Assembly: GCA_000165425.1 (NCBI GenBank)
Contig: CT868660.1
Location: 434,001-498,000, forward strand
Direction of reading: 5' to 3'
DNA length: 64,000 bases
From: Paramecium tetraurelia
Lineage: Eukaryota
Under the pieces are notes generated by a model that was not told the origin of the DNA, ran no database searches, and worked only from the letters and a program-made list of their open reading frames with translations. The position numbers and the translations under genes are program-made. Positions within the stretch are counted from its first letter, which is position 1. Each line of letters begins with the position of its first letter. Positions 1 through 15,663 of this stretch are shown here, piece after piece.

Positions 1-963
1 CTCCCCTAAAAGGAATAGAAGTGCTGCAAATAGTCTATGCAAAGGAAGCATAATCATATTCATTTATTTTTATTTACTTCTAACAAGCAATGCAATCCCT
101 AAGTGTTAATTAATATTGATACTTTTATTGACCTCTAAGTTTGACTACTTTATACACATCTCTTATTCCATCAATCAATATCATTTTCTATGACAAAGTT
201 TACTGTCCAATAATTATTTTCACTGCTTATAATGCTTCTATGAGTCCAATCAACCCAGGCATAACTCCAAATACTCCCGCTTCATTGCAATTCTACACAG
301 TCTTAGGACATTATGGAAATAAACATCTATAACAAGGTCCTTACATTCCATAAACTGTGATTTGTCCTTCCCAACCAACCGAAGAACCTGATACCAAAGG
401 TTTATTTAAGTAAATTGCTGTATCATTTATTAAATATCTTGTGGCAGGATTATCAGTTGCATCTAAAATTAAATCATAATTTTTAAATATATCAATTGCA
501 TTTTCTGATGATAAATGATGCTAATAAGTAATAACATTCACTAAAGGATTAAACTAATTAATTTATTTTTTTGCTGATTCACACTACAATAGATATTAAA
601 GTATACTTTATTCATTCCTTGTCTATCATTATTATGAATTATTTGACGATGCAAATTAGAAACATCTACACTATCACCATCAACTAGTCCTATTGTTCCA
701 ACTCCAGCTCCAGCCAAGTAATAAATTGCAGGAGCTCCTATACCTCCAGCACCTACAATCAGTACCTTTGCAAGATGAATCTTCTACTATCCAGTTAATC
801 CTATTTCAGATAAGATCATTTATCTTTTGTATCTGTTGATATGTTCATAACCAAATTCATTATTTATTTGATTCAATTTACTCTATGCAAAGTCCTCCTC
901 CTATTCAAATTAGATGTTGTTTTATTTAAGAAGACCCTATAAATACACGATATATTCTTTCAT
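1..963 (-). CDS. MOCS3: Adenylyltransferase/sulfurtransferase MOCS3/Uba4 (ThiF family), 3' end runs off the window
   Basis: Table-6 translation: RYKRQMILSEIG...[12 protein letters not shown]...[15 protein letters not shown]...[16 protein letters not shown]...GPCYRCLFP...NCNEAGVFG. 23-nt intron at 584-606. Confidence 0.9.
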
Positions 964-983
964 ATTTTTTATAAATAAATAAA

Positions 984-2402
984 TCAACTAATTTGTTTTC
1001 TAAGATAAGGTTGAAGATAGTTTAAAAATTTGCTTTTTGGATCAATTTATAAAATTTCTTAATACTACCTTTCAGCTAATAACTTTTAATTTGTTTATAA
1101 GTATGCAAGGCCTATTAATTAATAAATTGAATACACAAATAGTACTTTGCTTAAATGTTTTATTTTTCAAACTTAAGCACATGTAATAAATACTTTATTG
1201 CCAACTCAATCTCACCGTAATTTAGTAATATACATCCTTTAATAACAATTAAATTCACCTGCCAAAATCCACCCCTTAAAATTGCGAGGTAGTAATCTCA
1301 AGTACTTTTAAATAGTATATAGAGCATCTTTATAATTTTTTAGGCCAAGCACACTTAGGGCTACATTACACATTACTTACTTATAATTTACCAGAAAAAT
1401 GGGTTTTATTTAATTTCTTCTTATGATTATCCTAATTGTTACATAAACTTCATGGTATCGGAGTATTTTCTCTAAACATACATACAATAAGCTAATATAA
1501 AAAATAGATAATAACCTAACCAAAGTTAAACTTCCTACTTTGGTTGTTAATTTTAAAGAGTGTAGAATATACTCTATGCTTTTTCGTTTTCCCCAGCCAT
1601 TAAGTATTCAATGGCTTAATATTGAATAAAGAGTTATACCATCTTAGAATGTCGCATCGGTTTTAAAATCAATTTGAGTATTTATATTATCATCGTATAT
1701 CCTAGACAAAGACTATAAGGATTATTAGTAGGGATCTTAAAGATTATCTTGAATTTAATTGTAGCTAATAAATCCACACAAATTAGTTTAAGGCTAGTTG
1801 TTATTGCCTATTGACTATAATTGAATAGTAGAATTAAATGATCCTGTTGAGGAAAAAGGACTAATTTAAACAAACAAATACATCAATATTGAATTTAATC
1901 TCCTCTAGCATGTGCTAAAAGTGATGTTAGACTCTGTCATGAGTTCCTACACACGATCTAACATTCCCCCAAACATATCAAATCCCTTCGTAAAACAACT
2001 CTTGGAAAATAGATCCATGACGATTCCCAAGTTAACTTATTTTCGGATTGCCTCATTAAGATCAGTATACGTTAGGTTTTTTAAATTTGATTCAGAAAGT
2101 ATTTCTAGCTAATTTTCTAATGTCTTTTCAATTATCTTTATTGGCTTATATATTTTTTCTACAATAGACCCTAAGTTATTTTGAAAGTTCTTTGTAGCAT
2201 CTTATTATTTTTATAACCATTCTGGCAATTTGCTACATTCTTTTACTCCATCTTCCATTTCTTTGTGATCGTCATGAGTAGTTTATTTCATACATTGGAA
2301 GCATAATAACCTCTATTTGCTTTTACATTTAAAGTGAAAACAAAATCCTATTATTTTATTTTAGTTATGATTTGCAATAGTGCATTCAGGCCAATCACTC
2401 AT
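984..2402 (-). CDS. Hypothetical protein with N-terminal Cys/His (B-box-like) finger and C-terminal TPR-like repeats
   Basis: Starts MSDWPECTIANH..GFCFHFKC..LLCFQCMKQTTHDDH. C-terminus YKDALYTIQKYLRLLPRNFKGWILAG...AERQYQEILQIDPKS. Several short introns. TGA at 984-986. Confidence 0.65.
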
Positions 2403-2457
2403 TTGTCGGATTATGTAGATTTTAAATATTAATGATAAATTAGAAAAATACAGTAAA

Positions 2458-5400
2458 TCATTTATTCATTGATTTTATCAAAGATTTCACAAATCTACGT
2501 ATGCTCTTATTCTCCTTCACTACTTCCAATGGAATCATATTGAGCATCTCTATGGTTTAATTAATTTAAGTATTTAGTCCATTCAAAAACGGAATCCATA
2601 TAAATAAAAAAATGGCCACTAAAAGCACTATAAATATTATTAATAGGATCAATTGAATGTATGAGATGTTATCCATTCCACTAGTAATTAGATCCCTCTC
2701 ATAAGTGATGATATTGGTAATAGCATCATATACGTAATTATATAATGCTCTATCAATTTCAAAGAATTGAGTTGCATTCAATAAAGGAGAATTCTAGGTA
2801 GTATTCTAATAAAAATTTTGAATATTGATTCTAAAATATTCCAAAAAATAAGATTCAGTGTTGTAAATTCCCTAAATAGGATATTATTAATAAAATTACT
2901 AATTATAAATTTGAATTAATGATTTTCTAACATTAATCAACCTCAGCAGTCTTGATTATTTATTCACATAGATTGCCATAATAAATATTGATGTATTTGT
3001 CCCTGAATGCTTATAATTCAGATAAGATATCAAAGTTAAACTAAGTAATTTCATAATAATAAATACCGCATTCATTTTTTCAGCATTTCCAGTAAAGATA
3101 GTGAGGTTATTAATTGCATATTCAGAAACTTGAACTCCCTTTATTTGATTTGTGTAATCAAGCATCATCAATTTTTGTATATTTATATAATAGCCATAAT
3201 TATTTATTGTGAATAGGCTTTAATAATATTGAGGCAAAAGGAAGTTTATCTATGATTACTAGGACTGGCTTCCAAGTATGTTATAAACAGTGAATACTAA
3301 GGTAAAAACAGAAATAACGAAAAATCTATATTATTACATAGAAATACTGAATAATAATGCCTTAATTTCCTTTTAGCCTATTTTATCTATATTTTTTAAT
3401 AATTTTTTTTCTATTTTAAGTTTACCTCAATAAGATATCAGATTCATCCTCATCTGGTGCTTTTAAGACTTCAATTTTTTCCTCTTAAAATTCATTTTCA
3501 TCTTCTGAACTTTCATAACCTTGTTATTCTTATTTATTTTACATTTCCTCAATACTTACATAGTTTTTCAGAAATCTGTCACATTTTTTATATAGTACAT
3601 CTAAATGATAGGTTGGAATATCCAAAAAAAGAAATAAAATATTTTCTCTTTTTGTTTTGATGGCAAACATTAGAAATATAAATTTGATCATAGCCATTAC
3701 TGATACAAATATTGAAGCTGATAATAAAATCAATAAATCCACTTGTGGGTAATCCATAATATCTTTGATATTATAATAGGTTGAACCAGAAATGTCGCAT
3801 AATTTTTCATAAAGCACATCAAAATAATTGTGGACTACTCCTTAATAATAAATATTATCAAAACTGATAGATTGATAATTGGCTACTGAAGAATTTAAGG
3901 CTAAGGAACAAAAAACAACTAATGCTGTTTCAAGTCTTAAAGCATCATCTTAATATGCAAAATCAGTATAAAATCTAAATGATATTTCATCTTCAAATTA
4001 TGATTAAAAATTTAAATAATCTATTGAATTCATAGCAGAATTGAAATCAATAACAGAGGAAGCTGACATTGATATATCATTTGCTATTTCAGTAATATTA
4101 TACGTGTACAGATTGGCAGAATAAATAGCCAAATCTAAAACTCTAGAAGTTAATCTATTGATTTCAATCAGCTAATTGTTTATTTATTATAAGATATTGA
4201 CGTCTATCCTATAATCATTGAATTATTGAGAACAAAAGTATTGTTGCAAACTTGTCATAGCCAAAATGAATACAATCCATAAAGATGAATAAATCTTAAA
4301 AGTTGTTATTTCTTGATGTTTATGATGAGTTTATAAAGCAATTTGAATTATATTAGCAGAATTATTATAAGTAAATAATTTGTAATCATCCTCATCTTCA
4401 AAATCATTTCCTTAATTTCTGAATAATGAATTATACTCTTCTTCTTCCTCTAAGATTTATAAAAATAATTATTCCTAATCCTCATTAATACTTACAATTT
4501 AGCCATTAATGTATCTCTTTGTGAGAATGCCTCCAGCTAAATTAATTGAAGGAACACTCTCAGTTTCTTCATTACATTATTTAAATAAATCTCTAATTTC
4601 ATCTAATTGTGGGTTCTCGTACAAATCTTGCATATACCTCAATAAATTAGTATCTACTTCTTAATTATCTTAATTTCTAAGAGCAGCTTAACTGTCTGAA
4701 CTCATATTACCCAAATTTGGTACTTTTTGTTAAGAAGTGGCTTTCATTATTTATTCTGATTCTGGATTACTAATACTTCCTGTACGTTATACTCCTTTTT
4801 TTAACATATATTTAAGATTTGCTTCATTTTTTTCAATCTTATCAAGTCGAACTACATAAAATCCAGTGCGTTCACTTTTCTTCTATTCTTCATCACTATC
4901 ATTTGGATTGAAGACTGGTAAAATAGTTTCTTTTACTTAGCAATTGAAGTAATAGAAGCCATCTTTATTTGGGATTTTAGAGAAGACATCTTTAGCATTT
5001 TTAGTCAAAACATCAGGGATATAATCATTCAATTTTATCTTGTCTACCAAATTTTTCAATTCTAATTCAAAGTACGTTATAGCACCTGAAGACATTTCTA
5101 TTATCTATGTAAATTTGTCAACCACAAAATATATTTAAGTTTTTAGTGTTGCTTCTGATTTGAAGGTTGCAATATATACAAGGGAATCTAAATGTAATGT
5201 TACTTAATAAGTTAATGGAAAAAGGTATCCATTTTTGTGTTTAAATAATCTATTCTAATCTACTTCAAGATATTCGCTTTATATCCCTATTTCTTATCTT
5301 AAATTAAGTACAAAATTATCAAAGAAGTTACTCATGTATTTATCATGATTCTCTGCATATTTTTAAGGCATTAAAACATTTATCTTCTTTCCTATTATCT

Positions 5401-7393
5401 CTTCTTTAGAGTATCCAAAGTAAACTGTAAATAATGAATTCATTTATAATATATTACCTGGATCTGACTTCTTAGCACTTGCATAAATGAATGGGATTTA
5501 ATCAGTTTCAAAATTTATCATATCTTTACGGCCTAATTAGTTTTTCTTTAGATGTTCTTTTAATTATTTTGCCTTATTTAATTAATTGATTCCTCCCTTA
5601 GAGTCATTCATAACATGAATCATAAAATTACCAAATACTTACATCGTGTATGGCATATTTGAATTTATTTTTTACATATTTTCATAATTCTCTTTTGCTT
5701 CATTAGTTACTCTACTAATTCTAGCACCAATATTCATTAATCTCCCTAAATCAGGTTGGTCTTCCTTTAATTCTATCCAAAATTCCTTATGTAAATTTGC
5801 AGAAAACTTCATTTTCTCTTCACATAAAGACAAGTAATTTTTAAATGCGATTGCATTAACAATATCATCATCTTCCTCCTATTAAGAATTAATCCCTTTA
5901 CTCTTAATATCTTTTTGATATCGATAAATAATAAACTATTAATAAAGAGCTGGTTTAGTATATTGAGCAAGCTCAAATTATTCTAAAGCTTTCTATTTAT
6001 TGTTTCTTCTTTCTATCAAAAATAGTCCATAAAAGATTCTTAAATAAGTTGAATTTGGAAACTTTTTTAAACCCTATACAAACATTCTATCCAATTCTTA
6101 AATTAGCCCTCTAATTATTTCATTAATATCGTTTTAATTTCCTGACTTTCTTTATTTTAATTTAGTTTTTAAAGGACAGTCATCATAATTACAAGTCTCT
6201 TTGTGTTTTTCTATATATCCAATAAGCAACATATAGGAATTTCTATCTTTCTCTTGATTTTATATCAGTTGCAATACATATCTGATATGACTCCAAATTT
6301 ACTCTCCACTCCTAAATTTTGTTTAAGATTTAATCAGAGTTTCAATTTTCGATTTTTTCGTCAGCAACATAATGCTAATAATAAACGGAACGCCAATCAA
6401 CCAGGCAATAAATCCTCCAGTAAATTCAGTAGATTCCAATATTTTACAAACTAACAACATAAAACAAGCCCATAAATACAGTGTGCTGCAAATACAATAG
6501 AATAACCCAACCTAAAAATCATAGTAAGGATCGTTAAAATTATATTGTTTAAATAACCAAAGTGATAAAACAAAAGAAGTTATAACCATAATCCATGCTT
6601 ATTCAGGATAGTTCGGTCTAAGTAAACTAAACATTAATTAGCAAGTAATTTTATTTGTAATAAAGGCCACTTCCCCATTGGAATCCTATCTTGCAGATCT
6701 ATCATTAGTATTCATAGCTGGTTCAAAAAATGCATATGCAACAATACTGCATATTATTGAAAATATTACGATGAATGTAAGATCTATAATTGCGTGAAAA
6801 GTGTGCCAATTTTACCAACATTCGACAAAGATATTATTGTAACCATATATTATATATTTTCCTGTATCTGGATCTACATAGCATTATAAAATGGAAGTTA
6901 AGGTCTCTGTGATAGGTAAAAATCCTACAGTTACCACAAAGGAAGTAATCTGTTTTAATAATAATAAGGGCCAGAGCCAATAAAATCGATTACGAGAAAA
7001 CGAATAGGAAACATAAATAATGTCTAGAATGATCAACAAAATAAAAAATAACAATATGTAAACAGTCAATAAAAGAGAATCATACGTTAAACTTGGAATG
7101 TAATTACTTATTTGTAATAGGTTTTATACTTGAGTGACAAACGCCATAAAAGTGTCTTACTTCCAAAGGTAATAGATTGTAACATAAAATGGAAATTGAT
7201 GCATCTGAAAATAATCAAGAGCATTAAAAAAATAGAATCCAAACATTCCCCCTTCTTCATCTTCGCTATTACGAATAACAAATAGAACTTGAAAGGTAGT
7301 TAATTTTAATTATTCTAAATAATAATCAATACCTCTCTTTTAGTTGCCCAACAATATAGCATCTTCTATTCCCTATTTTTCTTAATCTTACAT
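2458..7393 (-). CDS. Large multi-pass membrane protein with PAS domain (TmcB/TmcC-like ciliate PAS family)
   Basis: N-terminal TM bundle (YWLWPLLLLK..FLPITETL), helical region (SARFDELWIELKEDQPD-like), PAS (MNSLFTVYFGYSKEDIIGKKINVLMPQKYAENHDKY), C-terminal TMs ending WIPFLNGLN..MLNMIP. Confidence 0.8.
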
Positions 7394-8421
7394 ATATATC
7401 AATATAAATAAAGAAAATAATAGTATTACTTTTCTTTATTTTTATTTATTTTTTAAAAAATATGGTTATTGATATATTTATAATTTCCTCTTAATATAAA
7501 TCTATATATGTTTTACAAAGATGACATTCATCAAAAAACTATTACAATCAATATATAATTTTCAATCATATAATAAATTAAGGGTTCATAAAAAAGACTC
7601 AAAAGGCTCAAACTCTTTCTTAGATTAGTATAAATAATGTACAAAATAATATATTTATGTAATATAGTTATTTATTTGACTTTCTTCATTATTTTTATTT
7701 CATTAGTTAATTTTTGCTAATGAACTTTCTAAAATTTTGGAAATTCTTATTTTAGAAACTGAAATCTAAAATATCAGCTTTTGAGATATCGTCATTTTTA
7801 TAGGTTTCCGCTTACATCTCGCAACGGCATACTCATCCTTTTTATTATTTAATAAATTTAAACATATAGGTGCTACCTTAATAAATTGATAGTTATCAGA
7901 CTGAAATGAAATAAACTTCATATTTCATGAAAAAAATTTCAAGGAATGTATTTAAGAAAATAGCTCCATATTTTTATTATTTTGTCAAGACTTAATTCTC
8001 CTTATTTTTTTCTTTAATTTTACACTCTCTACCTAAAGTGGGGAGTAAATCCTAAATAATATTCTCTACTAAATTTATGATTAATGGATAGAAATGGTTT
8101 TCTGCTTTCAGATTCAATAGAATAACTAAAACTAATCCTAAGCAAAGTTATCAAAACTGAAATTGACATTGCTCCTTCCACTTCAAAGGAATTGAATATT
8201 AGACTTCAAATTTTATTCATTTATAAATAACATATAATATATTATTGGTTTTATTTTAAACTGAATATCATATTAACCGAAAACTAAAGCTTTGAAAATC
8301 TTCTTAACTTTTGTTTCTTAACGAAACTACTTTGACGATTATCATAGTGTGTATTTTAATGAGAAATGCAAATGATTATAAAATAATAATTTTAACTAAT
8401 ATTTAAGTAATTTCATTCCAT

Positions 8422-11400
8422 TCAACTGCAATTTATTCTTTCAGTAATAACATTATTGATCATATTAAAGATTTAATTTACGTCTAATTAATCTGGATTC
8501 ATAAATAATGTCTCAAATCTATCCAAATCTTTATTATTTGATTTTTTAACTGTGCTTACTGAAATATTTGGTTCTAAAAATTCTTCAAGGTCTTCAGGTC
8601 CTAAATTTAAGATGTTCATAGACTCTGAAAACTTAGATATGTTTTTAGGTTTATTTTCTCCTTTTATGCAAACCTTTGCCTGATTACCTTTATTTAATTC
8701 CATATAGTTTTCTCTATATATACGCTTCAAAAGGAATATTAACATATTAACTTAATTCTCATACTTCTTGCTTCCTATTTTTCCCTATTCATTTTTTCTC
8801 ATTTCCTTTTCTAAAAATAAAATAATTTATTACCTAATTCTGATACAGTCTATGCATATTTAGAAGCATAATCATTCTTATAAATTTCAAATTCATTAGA
8901 TTTCTCATCAAACTTTTACCTAAAGTGTTTTATTGCTTAGTCTTTTCTATTAATTTCTTCTTTTAGTTTCTTAACCTATTATAATAAATCTTGTTTTTCA
9001 GCATCATTGGGTTTTTGATTTGAAAGTTAATCTATTTTATCCTTTAATTCTTTTATGTTAGTATCCTTTCTTGTATTATCTTGTTTAAGTTGCTTATTCT
9101 TTTCTTACAAGTTCTTAATTTCATCTTAGACTTACTTCTCTTAAACTTTCATTTGATCATATTTCTCTTTGAATTCTTTGAAATTGCTATTTTGTCTCTC
9201 ATTATCTTTATTAACTCTTTTTAATTTGTCATTCTCTGTTTATAAATCTTCATTCTATTTTTTTAACTTTTCAACAACCTGCTTTTGATCTTCTCTGTCT
9301 CCTCTAAATTAATCAGCCACATCTTTTTTCCTTTAAATTTCATCTTTTAATTAATTAATAATTGAATCTTTCTAAGTGATAATTTCATTAAGAGCCTAAA
9401 CCTTATCTTCTGGTACAAATTTATTTTGGACTTGGTTTAATTCGTTTATGATTTTTTGATTTTCTTACTTGTATTGCTTCTGAAGCTCTGAAATTGTTTA
9501 ATCTCTATTCTTAAGCAAGTCTTATAAATGAGAATTCGATTAATTAACCTTTTTTAATTCTGACTCATAAATCAAATTAGCTTATTTCAATTGATCAATC
9601 TTTTATTCAGCAAGTTTTAATTAGATTTTATATTAATTGGATTTAACTTCAACCTCTGCAACCTTACCTTGTTGTAATAACAATGTAATAGGTACTTATT
9701 CTTCGCATTTCTGTTTTTCTGCCTAAATTTATTTAGTTGTAGTTGGTTTTTTGAGACTGGGAATCTTAGGTTTATGTTTTTCAACTTATTTTGTCAAGTT
9801 TTAATTTTCTGTTTAAAGAACATTTAGTTTATCAGATAATTCTTTGATTTATTGTTTCTATTGATTGATTGTCTACTGTAACTATTTGTTCTTCTCGTTA
9901 TTTTATTTCTATTTCTACATATTTTATGCAAGTTAGACAACATTTTCATGATATGATTGAATCAATTCCTTAAACCATTATTATTCTTTGGTTGGGTTCA
10001 AACTTTTTTTATAGGCATCATTCTAATTAAAATATTAATTTTATCGACATTACAATTCTTACATATCTTAATTGAACTTCTCACTTATCAATTCCATTGT
10101 ATTATTTTATCTTTCTATAATTTCCTCGTATATTTCCTTTTGATTAACAATCTCAGTATTAATTTTTTATATTATCTCATTATTTTCTTCATTATCTTTA
10201 ATCAACACATCAATTTTCTATCTAAGTTCTTAGATCAATTGTTTTCTCGATGTTTCAACTTCTTGATAATTTGTTTTCATTTACTCAATTTCAAAGTTTT
10301 ATATATAGCATTTCTCATTGATTTCTCTTCTTTCATTTGTTAATAGCTTAGTCTATTCTTGGTAAACTTAGTTCTATTCTTCCCTTATATTGAGTTCCAA
10401 TTTGAGTTTGTGTAATTCAGAATTCTTTTATTCAAGAGTTTTTTTGAAATCATCATTAATATAGCTTAATTTAATTTCCATTTATTCAAGATTTCCTTGT
10501 TATTATTATACAAGAGAAGCATAGTCTTGAATTTATGAACTCAAATTATCAATCTAATAATCCTTTTCTTAGAGCTGATTTATTATTTTGTCTCTCTCTA
10601 GTCTCATTTCAATCATAGTTTTCTTGAGTTCATTTAAATCATCTGCCAGAACAGGTTACTATTATGCGTAAAAGTCTTTTGTTTATCCTTATTGTAAATA
10701 TGTGCTTTTGGCTTTCAGTTGATTAAAATCAAATTCGGTTTACATTTTTGATTGTCTAGTTTTATTTAACTCTGATTCCAATTCTCTAATTTTCTACATA
10801 TATAAATCAGAGATTTTTCTTTCTTCCTCAATATTATTTAGAGTAGGTGCTACTGTTTTATCTACTGAAGAATTATTGCTTCTACTGTTTTTTCTCTATT
10901 TGTCCTTTTACTTTTAATTTTAAACTAATTTTTCAATTTTATCTTACATACTCCTAACCTCTCTAATCAAAGCTTCCTCTCTTTAAGCATACTAATCTCT
11001 TTAGACTTTGAGTTGATCTTGTGCCAATAAATACTGCTATTCTAATGATTTATTATCCATCAGTAATTAATCAATAGATGCTTTATGCTATTGGCATAAT
11101 TTATTCATTTCTAATTGTAATTCACTTTAAGTAATTGATTTCTCTTTCATAATATTATTAATTTAATCTTAAAGACATAATTATCTATCTTACAATTACT
11201 TTTCAAGGTTGTCTCTTCTTTAAAATTCAACATCTGTTTTTTCTTTGAGAATAATGAATTCACTTTTTGTTTTTTCAATATCAATTGAATTTTATTGATT
11301 AACCTTTTAGAGTTTTTGATTTTTGAATTGTAATTCTTACATCTATTCTTCCTATTGAGATAATTATTGTATCTTTTAATCAAGTTTAAATTGAGTTTCT

Positions 11401-12946
11401 TTTAATTGAGTATTTGTAATTTCATTTTCTTTTTTTAAGTCATTGATTATTTTTTTTAATTTTTATGCATCATCTTAATATGCCACAATTTCATTTTCAT
11501 AACTGCTTTACAATTTGCCTATTTCTTTTTCCCATCTTTTTCTGGCTTCTTCTTTTACATCCTATAAACTACTAGCTTATTTTAGCGTTTATTCGAGAGC
11601 ATAAATCTAAGACTCATATTCTAATCTTTCTTTTTTAATTAATTCATCCTGTTCTTTTAATTTTTTGATTTCTTATTTTAATTTCTCATTTTCTCTTTGA
11701 CTTTTCCATAATTCGTCTCCCAAATATCCAGCTTATTTGGTTTATTCATCAACCTACTTTTCCAGTATTTAAGATTTGGATAATGTATCATTGCATCTTT
11801 TTTCTAATTCCTTCTTTGACTTTTCTAATATTTGATACTCTTTTTTTAATAGATCATCTGTATGATTTTTAGATTAATTTGATGAAAAATTTTAACTTGA
11901 TCCTTATTACTGAATAAGCATTTCCTCCAAATGAGCATTTTCTTCAAGTAACTTCTCCTCTCTTAATTTCAGTTGAGTGATACGAGCATTTAATCTATTG
12001 ACTAGTTCATCCCTAGTTTCTTCAACTCTGATATTTGAATTCTATAATCCACTATCATTTAATCTTTTTGCAATAACTTCAATTTCTTCATTCATTTGTC
12101 TATTAATCGACTCTAACTTCTTATTTTAATCAACTACAGATTCATATTTCCTATATAACATCACATAACTTTCCCTCTCAGGTTAATGCTGATTGAAATA
12201 TTACTCTCGTGCTTGATAGTCTTAGATTTTCATCTATAACTTTTCATTCTCCTTCACTAGTTCTTTGAGCTGATCTTTGGTATTGCTGTTGAATTGTTGC
12301 TTCTATATTTGCATTCTTAAGTTTTCAATTTCTCTATCTTTTTCTTCGATCATTAATAAGACCCTTTGACTCCTGAATTCATTGTCCTACCTTTCCTATT
12401 CGATTAATTGATTCAATAACTCCTTGATAGAATTACCATCCATCTCTTAGTTCATAAATTGTTCTAATGCATCATTAAGCAACTGGTTTTATTAAGTTAG
12501 ATAGTTGACTCTTTATTGAAGTATTTTATTTTCTTCTGCATTAAACTATTCACTTCTAACATTGCCAAATGTCTCTAAATTTCCAAATCCTGGCGATGTG
12601 ATTGTCCTATTTTGAATATCTTAATCAATGTATTAATCCAAACGGTCAGAATCACATTCAAAAGTAACAGCAATTCTACAATCCAAATTATCTCCTTTTA
12701 TGTAAATAAAGTCCTCTTGAGCTTCAACATTCCTTAATTTAACAGTTACTACAGTTGCTTCTCCAGGAAGTAGTTGAAGGGCAGTTGGGGCTATTTCGTA
12801 ATTTTTGAAAAGTCTGAATGCAAAATTAAGCACAACCTTCCTATTGTTCTTGACAGTAATCTAATAATTATATTTTTGTGTACTGTCTTTTCTTATCCAA
12901 TTTTTTAAAATTTCAAATGTTTTGGTGTAATTTCAACGTCTGTCAT
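8422..12946 (-). CDS. Very large coiled-coil protein with N-terminal Ig-like (MSP/ASH-like) domain
   Basis: Starts MTDVEITPKHLKF..ITVKNNRKVVLNFAFR..LLPGEATVVTVKL, then more than 1200 aa of E/K/Q-rich heptads open in table 6. TGA at 8422-8424. Confidence 0.7.
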
Positions 12947-12981
12947 AAATTTTGTATTATATATATTTTATTTTATAATTA

Positions 12982-15058
<2,077 letters not shown>

Positions 15059-15663
15059 GAAATTAAAAAGATATTTTAATTATTTTTATTCTTTAAAATA
15101 GTTTTCCCAAAGAGTAGGTGAATGTTTTGTCACTTCCATTTAACATATATTCTGATTACTAAGAACTCAAGTTTATGATCTCTACATTAAATAGTTCCCC
15201 TAACTTCAGGTTAAAGCTTAAAGTATCGATAAATCAATAATCCAAAAATAGCAAATATTATCATCTGGTATTGCAGTAAATGCATTTAACTCATAATATA
15301 TCAATGTGTCATATTGTCATATTGTCAAATTCACCAAGCCTCTAGAGTAGAAGAAGTCTTCATCTTATTTCAACAATTAACTTATATTCTTAAAATAAAA
15401 CTCAAGTACTCCTGTAATTGCTCTTTCAGACACAAACAGCGCAATAAATATATCATTTGAAGTAATTATATATTAGTTCCAAAATTCTATATAATGACTT
15501 AGAAGATTAATTTAATCATAATTTGAATAACTATTGTAGTATATTCTTTAAATAGTAAACTAATTTAATTAAACTTATTAGTAACTAAAATAGAATCCCT
15601 TATTTTTTCATTTGTAGATGTAATTAGTTATGGAAGAGGAATAGAAGTAATAGCTAGATTAGA

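Noticed and set aside
9957..10343. Hydrophobic 128-aa plus-strand ORF
   Set aside because: Antisense shadow of the K/E-rich coiled-coil gene.
15305..15330. Short tandem repeat tgtcatat-tgtcatat-tgtca
   Set aside because: Under three copies with no spacers; not a CRISPR array or meaningful repeat.
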